A DNA stretch of 64,000 nt from a virus, in IMG/VR virus record IMGVR_UViG_3300007623_000006, positions 32,001-96,000 of that record. The stretch is one strand, 5' to 3'. Both the position numbers and the translations under genes were made by a program. Positions 49,073 through 59,235 of the stretch are shown one piece after another; the first letter of the stretch is position 1, and every line of letters begins with the position of its first letter. Below the pieces are notes generated by a model. The model saw only the letters and a program-made list of their open reading frames with translations, searched no databases and was not told the DNA's origin.

Positions 49073-50927
49073 TATATATGATTTTTATGATGTTACTGAT
49101 AATGTGTTTGTAATAAACTCAGACGAATATGACACAATTGTATTTAGAAGCCTATTAGATGATGAATTATCTTTAGATAGTAGTAGGCCTGATTTAATAT
49201 TTGACGATATAAGAAACGACGATATATACGATTATTTTTATAAACTAAACACTTTTATTGATTCTAGACAAGACAACTTTACAACTTTACCATTAGATAA
49301 AATTGAGAGAACAGGTAGTAGCTATTCTGTACTAATGACAAATGATGGTGATGTTCAGTGGCAAAAGTTAGCAAAACCAATCACAGGTACAATCCGATTA
49401 AGTGACACAGTTGACCAAAGTCTTATATTTTTTGATAATACTTTAGTTGAAGGTTCATTCTCGTTGTTAGAAAACTTAACAATTGACGCACACACATTTT
49501 TGGGTAACTTTACTAGAGCAAGAGCATATACACCGACATATTATCAAGACTATGGTGAAACAAATTGGAATTCAGCAGAAATTAAGATTAATGGTAAATT
49601 TGAGGATGTATGCGATACTTTACCTGACAAGTCAGACTATGCAAATGGTCAATTAACATTTATATCAAAAAATAGCACAATAGACGAAATGTTAGATTTA
49701 ACAGTTATAGATGTAGATGGAAATGATGTTAAAGTAAGTGGCGTTAATAGTAAGTTAGAAATCGCTAAAATAAACAATGTTAGAAAAACAATTTGTGCTT
49801 CTAGATACGACATTTCGGCAATTGACAGTGATGGTAACATTTTAATATGGGGTAGTTATACATCATCATATTATCAACCACCTATTAATGCTAGTGCTTT
49901 TACAAGCATAAATGCAGGTTACTATGGTTTTACTGGAGTAACTGATGAGAACAAAGTGTATGTATGGGGTAAAAATAACCTTTTTGTTAAGTATTTAATT
50001 GACACCATTCCAACTGGTAATGATTATATTGATAGTGATATGGGATTAAACTTTTGTGTCGCTTTAAAAGAAGATGGGACTTTACAGCATTGGGGGTATA
50101 CAACATATTTATCACAAAGTATGATACCAGATAAAATATTCACAAAGCATGTATGTGCATATAAAATATTATTTGCTCTTGATAGTGATGGTTATTTAGG
50201 TGCGTATGGAAAGTATGATTTTTATAAACTTATGGCAAACTTACCAAAAGAAAAAATAATAGATTTTGATGTTAGATACTCTACTGGAGTATATTTAAGA
50301 GATGACGGTACTGTAGGTCAATGGGGTAATGTTACAGGGTTCACTATACCAGATTTTGGTGGTAAAACGATTGTTAAAGTATTTGCTGGTAAAGTTACTT
50401 TACACGCATTAGCAGATGACGGTACACTTTTTTCATGGGGTGATTGGTACACATATAACAATACACCTGAAAACATATCATGGGGTGATGTATGTGGTCA
50501 TAATTATGTTAGTGCTGGAATTGATACAAGTGGTAACATTTATACTTGGGGTAGAGACAGTTTATCTACATACGATAGTTATATGGTAAATAAAAAACCT
50601 GACACAGATGGTATTATAAGTGGAAAAGTAGTTTCAGGGTATGAATACGACATCACATTAGAAAGTGGTATATCAGTAGGTGACATATATCTTGTATCAT
50701 CGAACTTATATTATACTGAAACTGAAGATACTACAAACATTGAAGACTACATACTTTTACCAAAAAAAGAAGTTACAATGGATGGTACTGAATTTGTTAT
50801 TACTTATGATAAATTAGATATAAATACAAATGCTATAGGTCTATTATATGAATTTAATAACAGATTAGAAAGAGTGTATAAAATACAAGTAGACCTAACT
50901 AAGTCTGCTTTAGGAGAAGATGTATGA
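49065..50927 (+). CDS. RCC1/BLIP-II-like beta-propeller virion protein
   Basis: Repeated (A/G)xxxDGxxxxWG units (AIDSDGNILIWG, ALKEDGTLQHWG, ALADDGTLFSWG, GIDTSGNIYTWG). Confidence 0.8.
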   Translation: MASIYDFYDVTDNVFVINSDEYDTIVFRSLLDDELSLDSSRPDLIFDDIRNDDIYDYFYKLNTFIDSRQDNFTTLPLDKIERTGSSYSVLMTNDGDVQWQKLAKPITGTIRLSDTVDQSLIFFDNTLVEGSFSLLENLTIDAHTFLGNFTRARAYTPTYYQDYGETNWNSAEIKINGKFEDVCDTLPDKSDYANGQLTFISKNSTIDEMLDLTVIDVDGNDVKVSGVNSKLEIAKINNVRKTICASRYDISAIDSDGNILIWGSYTSSYYQPPINASAFTSINAGYYGFTGVTDENKVYVWGKNNLFVKYLIDTIPTGNDYIDSDMGLNFCVALKEDGTLQHWGYTTYLSQSMIPDKIFTKHVCAYKILFALDSDGYLGAYGKYDFYKLMANLPKEKIIDFDVRYSTGVYLRDDGTVGQWGNVTGFTIPDFGGKTIVKVFAGKVTLHALADDGTLFSWGDWYTYNNTPENISWGDVCGHNYVSAGIDTSGNIYTWGRDSLSTYDSYMVNKKPDTDGIISGKVVSGYEYDITLESGISVGDIYLVSSNLYYTETEDTTNIEDYILLPKKEVTMDGTEFVITYDKLDINTNAIGLLYEFNNRLERVYKIQVDLTKSALGEDV

Positions 50928-51208
50928 TAAGAGTAGAAGAAACAACAGTACAAAATGGACCATTATTTACAAAAGGGTTTAAAGCAAAGTTAGATGAAGG
51001 TACAACTGACAAATTCAAAGTAAGATACCACATTGACCAAGAAGTTGGAGATGTTTTTGATTTGATTGCTGATATGTCTAAAATGATATGGTTATTAAAT
51101 AGAAAAATAGATGGTACTACGGTTGAGGGTGATGTTGAACTTGAAGCCAAACTTAAAGATAGAATGGGTCAAATTGATAATATTCTAGCTACATATTACA
51201 GTAAGTAA
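50924..51208 (+). CDS. Small protein, possible fibre chaperone (paralogue of 36169)
   Basis: KVRYHIDQEVGDVFDLIAD. Confidence 0.55.
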   Translation: MIRVEETTVQNGPLFTKGFKAKLDEGTTDKFKVRYHIDQEVGDVFDLIADMSKMIWLLNRKIDGTTVEGDVELEAKLKDRMGQIDNILATYYSK

Positions 51209-51219
51209 AGGATTAATTT

Positions 51220-52140
51220 ATGGATTTATCACAATATTTTTCAAGTAGTGATAAAGTATATGTAGTAAGAGATGGTCAAATTGAACCTATTGAAAGCTCA
51301 GGTAATTTGTTACAAACAGACCTCATATTAAACGATAATACATTAGATAGAGCAAAAGCATTTGATAGAAATGTTAATATGTTATATCAAAAAATTCAAA
51401 CTAAAATGGATAAATCTGTTATTTTTAGTGAAGGTCAAATAGAGTGTGATGCTCCTCACGGGCATATATTAATGAGTGAAGGAGTTGGTCAGAACCCTAT
51501 TTGGGTAAGTCCTGATAGTTTTATGAGTTCACTTTCAGAATTAGAGTTAATATATAACGAAGGTCTACTTTATGATAATACAACAATAAATGCTGATTTA
51601 TTTAGTTCAGTTATTGGTGGTACAGTTGAAGGTAATATCACATTAAGAGATACAAGTAATGAAATAGTATTTAACTCAATTGATTTACCATTAGTTGTTG
51701 ATTATACAATAAAAGCAACCGTTACACCACTAGTTAGAACAGTACTAGGATATGGTCAAGGTAAAATTGTGATTGAAGGAACAGATTTTGATGATACATA
51801 TCAACTTTATATCAGTTCAGATGTAGGACTTGTTAAAATAGATATAACTGATACAGGTATAGAAGGGTCAAACACAACAGTTTACACTGATAGTAGTTAT
51901 ACTGGTGCATATAAGGCATACTTATTTAAACTTGACATTTATAGTGATATATCTAGTAGCGAGACATTCGACTTAAAAAGACAAAACGAAGAACACTTAG
52001 AACCTAATGGAAATGACTTGATTATATCATATTATAGAAAAGAGTGTAATGGTACAATTTTTAATAGCAAACTATCAGGTTCGGTTGGTTTAATTATAAA
52101 ATCGATAGAGTATAACTTTAATAAGAATGAGGAAGAGTGA
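51220..52140 (+). CDS. Putative structural protein sharing an N-terminal module with 49065/52140
   Basis: GHILMSEGVGQNPIW versus GDILVSQGPGVSPVW. Confidence 0.6.
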   Translation: MDLSQYFSSSDKVYVVRDGQIEPIESSGNLLQTDLILNDNTLDRAKAFDRNVNMLYQKIQTKMDKSVIFSEGQIECDAPHGHILMSEGVGQNPIWVSPDSFMSSLSELELIYNEGLLYDNTTINADLFSSVIGGTVEGNITLRDTSNEIVFNSIDLPLVVDYTIKATVTPLVRTVLGYGQGKIVIEGTDFDDTYQLYISSDVGLVKIDITDTGIEGSNTTVYTDSSYTGAYKAYLFKLDIYSDISSSETFDLKRQNEEHLEPNGNDLIISYYRKECNGTIFNSKLSGSVGLIIKSIEYNFNKNEEE

Positions 52141-53909
52141 TGAGAAATGGATATAACTTAGTAGATACTAATGGTACAGTTATAAACTTAAATTCTAGTG
52201 ATTATTATAGTTATAATGAAAATGATACTATTGTTGGTAGTGATATTGTTGACTTACAAACAGAAGATGTAATATTTAGTACATATGATGCAAGAAGAGG
52301 TTCATATTCTGCACTAAGAAATATTAATGTATTATTTAACAAAGCAATTAACAAAGCACCAAAAAATATGATATCATTAAACAGAATAACACCAGGAAAT
52401 AATGGTGACATTTTAGTTTCACAAGGACCAGGAGTATCACCTGTATGGAAAGCATATAGTACAATATTTCCAGATTTAGTGTATCATATTGACGGTGACG
52501 AAAGTATAATATTAAGCAGTAATACATTTATTCAAGAAGAGTTTAAAAAAGGTACAATAGTTGATAATACATATACATCATATACAGATGACATTTTAGA
52601 AACAAACAAGTTTGAAAATGTGCAAAGTTGGTTTAGTCATAAAGTAGAATTGACTACAAAACCAAAAGAATTTGAAATTATTGATGAAGATAGTGACATG
52701 ATTACTGCAGCACCAACAGCAGGTATGGTATATAACAAACCAACTAGATATATTGTTGTTGATAAGTTTGGTAATGTACATGATGGTGTAGTTGCACCTT
52801 ATAAAAATATATCAAATAATGGTTTTAATATAAAAAAAGACGATATAAATTATACATTAGATTGTATTAAATGTTATTTAGCAGACTATACAGTATTTAC
52901 AAGTATAACAGAAAATAATGTAGATAATTATGTTGAAAACGACATAAACTCGTTAAAGTTATTAAATAAATACAATATAGATATTTGGGGTGAGAGTAAT
53001 AATTTTAGTGCAAGTTTAACAGTTACCTCAGATGTGAAGCAAGTTAGTGTAGGTGACAATTTTGGTGCTATTATAGGCAGTGATAATTTTGTTAAAGTAT
53101 TTGGTGACAATAATTTTAATCAAATAACTAATAAACCAACAGATGAAGTTTCACAGGTATCTTGTGGTAAAAGGCACTTATGTGCTGTAAGAGTTGATGG
53201 AACTCTTATATCTTGGGGTGATAACACTTATAATCAAATAAGTGAAACACCACAAGGGACATTTAAAAAAGTAGTATGTACAGATTATGGTACTGCTGGT
53301 ATAACAACAAATAATGAGTTGATTATTTGGGGTGAAACATTTATAAAATATGATGATATTTCATATAGTACACTTGAAGTTATAGATATTGCTTGGGGTG
53401 AAAAGTTCTTTATTGTTAAAACACCAGATTTAAAATTATTAGGTTTTGGTGACGATTCATACAATCAATTATCAAATATACCAGATATGGAGTTTGAAAG
53501 TTTTGATTGTGGTAAGTATCACGCGGCAGGTGTATCAAGTACTGGTATCTTACAGGTATGGGGAAGTAATAATAATTTACAAACTGATTTACCTGAAGAT
53601 ACAAGTATTTTAGGATATAAAAAAGTTGAATGTTGTGAGTATAGTACAGTTGCTATGAAAAATGACGGAACTCTTATATCTTGGGGAAACGATTCTATAG
53701 GTATAGTTTCTAATACACCTACCACCGTTGTATATGATGAAGTTGTGTCAAAATACAATAATGTTATAGGTCTTAAAGACGGTGAAATATATATAACTGA
53801 AAAGTACAACAAAAGAAATGTTTCAGGTTCATTTTTCTCTACTAAGATAGAGTTTATAAATGATGGTACTGTAGTAACAGATTTAAAAATACATTTAGAA
53901 AAACAATAA
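52140..53909 (+). CDS. Second RCC1-like beta-propeller virion protein
   Basis: QVSCGKRHLCAVRVDGTLISWGDN, CGKYHAAG...VWGSN, AMKNDGTLISWG. Confidence 0.82.
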   Translation: MRNGYNLVDTNGTVINLNSSDYYSYNENDTIVGSDIVDLQTEDVIFSTYDARRGSYSALRNINVLFNKAINKAPKNMISLNRITPGNNGDILVSQGPGVSPVWKAYSTIFPDLVYHIDGDESIILSSNTFIQEEFKKGTIVDNTYTSYTDDILETNKFENVQSWFSHKVELTTKPKEFEIIDEDSDMITAAPTAGMVYNKPTRYIVVDKFGNVHDGVVAPYKNISNNGFNIKKDDINYTLDCIKCYLADYTVFTSITENNVDNYVENDINSLKLLNKYNIDIWGESNNFSASLTVTSDVKQVSVGDNFGAIIGSDNFVKVFGDNNFNQITNKPTDEVSQVSCGKRHLCAVRVDGTLISWGDNTYNQISETPQGTFKKVVCTDYGTAGITTNNELIIWGETFIKYDDISYSTLEVIDIAWGEKFFIVKTPDLKLLGFGDDSYNQLSNIPDMEFESFDCGKYHAAGVSSTGILQVWGSNNNLQTDLPEDTSILGYKKVECCEYSTVAMKNDGTLISWGNDSIGIVSNTPTTVVYDEVVSKYNNVIGLKDGEIYITEKYNKRNVSGSFFSTKIEFINDGTVVTDLKIHLEKQ

Positions 53910-53922
53910 GGAATAAAACAAG

Positions 53923-54372
53923 ATGGCAGAAAGTTTTAAAACATTTGACATAACAATTGAACAAGGGTCAACATTCTTTTTATCTATTTCATTAGAAAAT
54001 GAGGAAGGATATGTACTTAATATTAAAGATTGTGTTGCAGTGATGCAGATTAGAGATATTAAAGAAGATGTATCAAAAATATTAATGGATGTTACACCAT
54101 ATTTACAATTTACTTATGACAATAGAATTCTTATAGAAATACCTAGTGCAGTAACAAGTAATATTAAATGGTCTAAAGGTCTGTATGACTTAAAAATTAG
54201 AGAAAATACAACTGGTAGAGTATATAGATTGTTACAAGGTACTGCTGAAATAGATAAACAAGTAACTGAAAGTGTATGGGATAACGCTGCTTGTTATACA
54301 GGTGACGAATTATGTACACAACTAGACGAAGTAACAGAAACTCCTACAGATACAGGAACTGTAGATATATAA
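53923..54372 (+). CDS. BppU/Ig-like baseplate adaptor protein
   Basis: ITIEQGSTF, MQIR, YDL, RLLQG...VT pattern. Confidence 0.65.
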   Translation: MAESFKTFDITIEQGSTFFLSISLENEEGYVLNIKDCVAVMQIRDIKEDVSKILMDVTPYLQFTYDNRILIEIPSAVTSNIKWSKGLYDLKIRENTTGRVYRLLQGTAEIDKQVTESVWDNAACYTGDELCTQLDEVTETPTDTGTVDI

Positions 54373-54381
54373 GGATAAACT

Positions 54382-56103
54382 ATGGTTTTAGGTACATATG
54401 TATATAGCAACTTAAACAAGGCACACCTTTACACTGCTGTAAAGCAAGTTATTAATGACGAATCTATAAAAGACCAAGTACAAGCAGGACTCGACTCAGT
54501 ACAAATTGGAACAGTTGAAAGACAAGACATAGTTGATGTTGTAGATTACATTGCTAGACATACATTTGTACCTGCAGATACAGATTTAACACCAATTGTA
54601 GACGCAATAGAAGAAATATTGTACGGTTGGAATGAGCAGATTAACAAAGATAATATTATACAAGTATTCAAAGACCAAATTGAAGAAACTATAATATATG
54701 ATAATTTAGATACATCAGTTCCTTCACTTGAATTAGAGCAACAAAAAGCAGACTTAAAAAATGAATATTATACTCAAATAGAAACTATTGTTAATTCAGA
54801 AGACTATAGTAATACTTCACAAGAAAATGCTGAAAAAATAATAAATGCAATTAATTTACAAACTGGATTAAATTATAGTGTAGCTGATGTGCTTATGGAA
54901 TTTAATAGTGACACAGGTGAAAGAATAAATTCAAGTAATCTTAGACTTGCTATTATAGAAATTATTGGTATTGATTATGGATATGTAAATGAAGATACTG
55001 GTGACATTTTATATTTAGATGAGCTTGACCAAGCAATAACAGAAATAGGAGTATACACATTATCAGATGAAGAAATCACATCTGTTGTTGCTCGTTATAT
55101 AGAACTTATAACAGTTAGTGCACCTGATGTAGACTATGATACTATGGTAACTAAGATTAAAGATAAACTTTTATTCTTAGATTTAGGACCTGTACAAGTA
55201 GGAAACGATATGGTTATCGATTTAACGCCTACAGACTACAATAAAGGTAACACTAACATTGAAACTAGAGATGTTTATTTAACAGTTGACAAAGATAAAC
55301 AAAATTATATAACAAAAATTGACGACAATTCAATATCAGTTAATACAAAAACTGTTATGCAACAAATTGATGTTAAAGATGTTAATATCAAAGCACAGTT
55401 AAAACAACCAAAGTTCAAAGTATCAGTATTTGGTGGTGCAACTATAAACTTTGAAGATGATGATGCTTGGAAAGTACTTACAAATGACGGAAGTGAGTAC
55501 AGATGGGAGCATATAGAAACATTTTTTGAGCAAGGTATAGGTTTATTAAAAAGTGTTGACAAATTATCTGACTTAGATGCACTTCCAGACAAATTCTTAA
55601 GCAATGGTATGGTAGTATATGTCAAGAGTACAGGAGTGTATTACACTCTCATTGACAAAGAGACTCGTACTTGGGATGTGTTTCACAAAAATGATTTAAC
55701 TATAGGTAGACCGGTAACTAGAGAAGTAGTTTACAAAAATATTAAGTTAGGTCATGGTGATACAGGTTCAGACTTAAAAATGTCAAGATTTACAACAACT
55801 GTAGTAGATAGTGAAGGTGAGTATGTTAACTTAGAAGATTATATGGATTATACTCAACCAAATTTAGTATCATTTAAAAATGTAGGAGTTAAGCCTGCTA
55901 GATTAAATATAGATGAAGGTACCATAGTAGTAAATCCAAATAGTGTATTTGAAACTCCATTTGATAAAGCAATGGTTATTATGCTTAATGGTGTTTTTAA
56001 TGTTGTTGGTGCATACATTGAGTTTGAAACATATTCAGAAGATATGTGCACCAAAACAGGTCTCGAAGACTTACCTAAATCTTTAGTTAACCCTTATTTT
56101 TAA
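54382..56103 (+). CDS. Putative structural protein
   Basis: Acidic, 573 aa; LSDLDALP....GMVVYV...YY motif seen in tail proteins. Confidence 0.6.
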   Translation: MVLGTYVYSNLNKAHLYTAVKQVINDESIKDQVQAGLDSVQIGTVERQDIVDVVDYIARHTFVPADTDLTPIVDAIEEILYGWNEQINKDNIIQVFKDQIEETIIYDNLDTSVPSLELEQQKADLKNEYYTQIETIVNSEDYSNTSQENAEKIINAINLQTGLNYSVADVLMEFNSDTGERINSSNLRLAIIEIIGIDYGYVNEDTGDILYLDELDQAITEIGVYTLSDEEITSVVARYIELITVSAPDVDYDTMVTKIKDKLLFLDLGPVQVGNDMVIDLTPTDYNKGNTNIETRDVYLTVDKDKQNYITKIDDNSISVNTKTVMQQIDVKDVNIKAQLKQPKFKVSVFGGATINFEDDDAWKVLTNDGSEYRWEHIETFFEQGIGLLKSVDKLSDLDALPDKFLSNGMVVYVKSTGVYYTLIDKETRTWDVFHKNDLTIGRPVTREVVYKNIKLGHGDTGSDLKMSRFTTTVVDSEGEYVNLEDYMDYTQPNLVSFKNVGVKPARLNIDEGTIVVNPNSVFETPFDKAMVIMLNGVFNVVGAYIEFETYSEDMCTKTGLEDLPKSLVNPYF

Positions 56104-56107
56104 CTTT

Positions 56108-56115
56108 TATAAATA
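56108..56115 (+). promoter_or_regulatory. Late promoter TATAAATA
   Basis: Exact consensus, intergenic. Confidence 0.7.
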
Positions 56116-56157
56116 CTATTGTTAAAAAACACACAAATTTAAAAAGGAATAATAAAA

Positions 56158-59115
56158 ATGGCTTTAATAAGAAAATTTAATAAATTTAAGTATGAAAATA
56201 CAGGTCTTAAATATATTGCCTTCAATGCTGATAATGGAGGAATTACTCCAAAAGCTTTCAGCCAAAGTATTGAAATATTACATGAATCTGGGGAATTAAT
56301 ACCAGTTAGTGCTAAAGTAGCAGTTTATTTAAAACAAGATAAAATTGAGGATGCAGACTCTGAACAAGGTTGTATCACTGAAGGTCAAATTACATCTATT
56401 ACTAAGATTGATGACTATAGATTTACATATACAATTAGTATAGAAAACGATGCAGCAGCATTAGGATTAAACGGACAACCTGTAACAGAAGTTGCTTTAC
56501 TTGACTACGACCACTATATCTTACCAGTTGAGAAAAATGGTACTACATCATTTATTACATATTATTTTGATAACTTAGCTTTAGACGAAGCAATAGCTCA
56601 AGAAAAAGATTACTATGCAGGTTCTGCTAGTACACCATTCGCTGGAGCACAATACAAAGACCCTAAATACCCAATCGTTGATTTCTTTGATAGAAAGTTT
56701 ACACAAACTTTAGAAAATGATGCAATCGTATGGGTTAGAGCTAAAGGTAATGGTGGTGCTGATACTATTACTTATAAAGATAGTTCAACTAACAAGTTTA
56801 CAATTGGTTCAGACGCTAACTTTACAGGTAACCCTGAATATCCAGATGCTTACTATATTCAAGTAGCAGAATCAAGAACATCATATGATGCAACTGGAGA
56901 TATGACTCCATCAATTCCAAAAGATGTACAATTAGGTTCAACTACTGCTAAGTTTATTGGTTGGCCATCAGCTTCTGACAACGAGGCAACTGATGAGTTA
57001 GTTATTGAAAATGCAAGTCCATTCTACTTCTTAAAACCTGAAGGTGTTGTAGGTGTTGATGGTTCTGCGTGGGATGATGATGGTGCTTCAGCAACATTTG
57101 TTATTAATGGTGCTCACCAAGTTTCTCCAGAGTCATTAAATGGTATGGTATCAGTTTCAGATGGTGGAGACTATGATGACGACTATTGGACAAATGGTCA
57201 CATGATTGTTAGTGGTAATAACCAAGGACAATTAGTTAAAACTACTTATACAGGTTCAGTTGATGCTACAGATTATTCGTCACAAAGAGTTATGTCTGTT
57301 GGTGGTGCATTTATTCCAGGTGATGGTAATGAATTCTATAACATTGAGTTCTATAGAAATGATGGTGTTGCTACAGAAGGTGTTGTAAAAGTTGAAACTA
57401 GACAAGGTATTATTTTTGATAACTGTAAGTTCACTTCTGAGTGGGATGGTTACAAAGGTAAAGCAACTGGTGATGTTGTTGACACAAATGTTCCATATAT
57501 TGGTACATCACAATTAGGTTCATGTATTAAAGTATCTGATGCGTTTGACATTACATTCAAAGGTTGTGAATTTAATAGAAAATCAGCATATGTACTAGGT
57601 GCAATTGATTGGCCAACAGGTCAAGTTCCACAATTAGATTCAATTGTTGTAGGACAAGAAGCATCATATGGTAAAGTTCCAGCAGTAGATGCAAAAAAAT
57701 CAGGTAACTTAACATTTGACGGTTGTTCAGGTATCAACTCACACGGACAAACTGTATTCCAATTTGACGATGTTGATAACTTAGATATGGAAAACTGTAT
57801 CTCTGAAACATACTACCAAGGAACTCCAAAAGGTTCAAGAGAAGTTATTGATAAACCAATCGGATACTTAGTAAACAACAACTCAACTTCTATGTGGTTA
57901 AAAGGTTGTTCATTCTACGGTGAAGGTATCGGTTTCTATGTTGAAAACTTAAAAGAAATGGTTTATCCATTAATTGAAGATTGTTCAGCAATTGCTAATG
58001 GTGAAGAAGCATTCTACTTTAGAGAAGTTAAATATCCTAAGTTAAGAAACTGTAAAGGTGAAACAATTTCTAAAAATGTATTCTTATTCGAAGGTTGTGA
58101 AGACCCTATCTTATTCAACTGTACTGCTGAATCTGATACAGGTTATGGTTTTGCGTTCAAAACTATTGAGTTCAGTGATTATATCACTAAACCATCAACA
58201 TACTGGAGAACAAATGACTGTCACATTTTAAGTGGTTCAGGTTTAACATTTGATGAAACTTCATTACCAGGTAAAATTGATTTTGGTACATTTATTCAAA
58301 CTGCAAACATTTATAAAGAAATTTATGGTGATGTTGTTGTTAGTGACAGGTCTTTAGTTGGTTTAAAATTATGGGATGCCCCATACAAAACTACTATTAG
58401 AAATATGTACTTCAAAAACATTGTAAATGATGTTGATATTGACAAAGGTCCAAATGTTGAGTTATACTTAGAAAATACTCACTTTGCAGGTATTAAAGAA
58501 ATTGAAGGTGAGTACAACTCTCCAGCATACTTTATCCACAAAGGGTTCTCAGGTGTTTGGGAATATAGAGATATTGGTGGTTCAATTACAACTTCTGCAG
58601 TTAAGTTAATTCCAACAACTGAAGAAACTACAGCAGGTTATGTACCAGGTGAGTTTTCATTATCATTTAAATCAAGTGTAAACAATGAGTTAGGTAGACC
58701 ATCTATCACATTAGGTAACTCTAATGAAGAAACTCAGTACTTAGATTTAACTAAAGGTACAAACAAAATTACAATTTATGTAATGACAAGATTACTAGAT
58801 GTTGAAAATCCATTAACTGATTTAGGTTTATGGGCAGAAGTTAAGTACAAAGATAGAAGTCCAGGTGACCCACATATTGCTACTGCTACAACTAGAGGTA
58901 GATTTGACGACTACGCTAAGTTAACAGAAGATACTGAACACATTTCAAGTTGGATGATTTCTAACACTATGGTTCCAGATAGTAAAGCATACAAAATTGA
59001 ATTTGAAGTTGTTGCAGGTCAAGACTGTTCAGCCCCATTAACAATTTGTTATGAGCACTATACAACTGTAGGTGAAGTGTATGTTGCACCATACGCAAAA
59101 GTAGAAACAGTATAA
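56158..59115 (+). CDS. Right-handed beta-helix (pectin-lyase-like) tailspike/virion protein
   Basis: Periodic IFDNC, TFKGC, TFDGC, MENC, LKGC, IEDC, LRNC, LFNC rungs; codon pattern like highly expressed genes. Confidence 0.72.
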   Translation: MALIRKFNKFKYENTGLKYIAFNADNGGITPKAFSQSIEILHESGELIPVSAKVAVYLKQDKIEDADSEQGCITEGQITSITKIDDYRFTYTISIENDAAALGLNGQPVTEVALLDYDHYILPVEKNGTTSFITYYFDNLALDEAIAQEKDYYAGSASTPFAGAQYKDPKYPIVDFFDRKFTQTLENDAIVWVRAKGNGGADTITYKDSSTNKFTIGSDANFTGNPEYPDAYYIQVAESRTSYDATGDMTPSIPKDVQLGSTTAKFIGWPSASDNEATDELVIENASPFYFLKPEGVVGVDGSAWDDDGASATFVINGAHQVSPESLNGMVSVSDGGDYDDDYWTNGHMIVSGNNQGQLVKTTYTGSVDATDYSSQRVMSVGGAFIPGDGNEFYNIEFYRNDGVATEGVVKVETRQGIIFDNCKFTSEWDGYKGKATGDVVDTNVPYIGTSQLGSCIKVSDAFDITFKGCEFNRKSAYVLGAIDWPTGQVPQLDSIVVGQEASYGKVPAVDAKKSGNLTFDGCSGINSHGQTVFQFDDVDNLDMENCISETYYQGTPKGSREVIDKPIGYLVNNNSTSMWLKGCSFYGEGIGFYVENLKEMVYPLIEDCSAIANGEEAFYFREVKYPKLRNCKGETISKNVFLFEGCEDPILFNCTAESDTGYGFAFKTIEFSDYITKPSTYWRTNDCHILSGSGLTFDETSLPGKIDFGTFIQTANIYKEIYGDVVVSDRSLVGLKLWDAPYKTTIRNMYFKNIVNDVDIDKGPNVELYLENTHFAGIKEIEGEYNSPAYFIHKGFSGVWEYRDIGGSITTSAVKLIPTTEETTAGYVPGEFSLSFKSSVNNELGRPSITLGNSNEETQYLDLTKGTNKITIYVMTRLLDVENPLTDLGLWAEVKYKDRSPGDPHIATATTRGRFDDYAKLTEDTEHISSWMISNTMVPDSKAYKIEFEVVAGQDCSAPLTICYEHYTTVGEVYVAPYAKVETV

Positions 59116-59123
59116 TTTCTACA

Positions 59124-59150
59124 TTAAGAGAGAGTTTAACTCTCTCTTAA
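59124..59150. terminator. Hairpin terminator
   Basis: TTAAGAGAGAGT-TTA-ACTCTCTCTTAA. Confidence 0.7.
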
Positions 59151-59200
59151 ACTTAAACGAAACTTAAACTAAATCAACTAACTAAACTTTTATAAACTCT

Positions 59201-59208
59201 TATAAATA
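59201..59208 (+). promoter_or_regulatory. Late promoter TATAAATA
   Basis: Exact consensus 27 nt before the TTG start. Confidence 0.7.
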
Positions 59209-59235
59209 CTCTAAATTAAATTAGGGTGTATTCTA

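Noticed and set aside
33820-50920. Further PLMP-type hairpins at other SDs (CCTTA..TAAGGAG about 33830, CCTAA..TTAGGAG about 50893, TTTACC..GGAG about 37436)
   Set aside because: Each lacks either the TTTACC or a good stem, and AGGAG is expected at any SD; a covariance search is needed to decide
59151-59200. AACTTAAAC/AACTAAAC low-complexity run as origin iterons
   Set aside because: Too short and irregular to support that call
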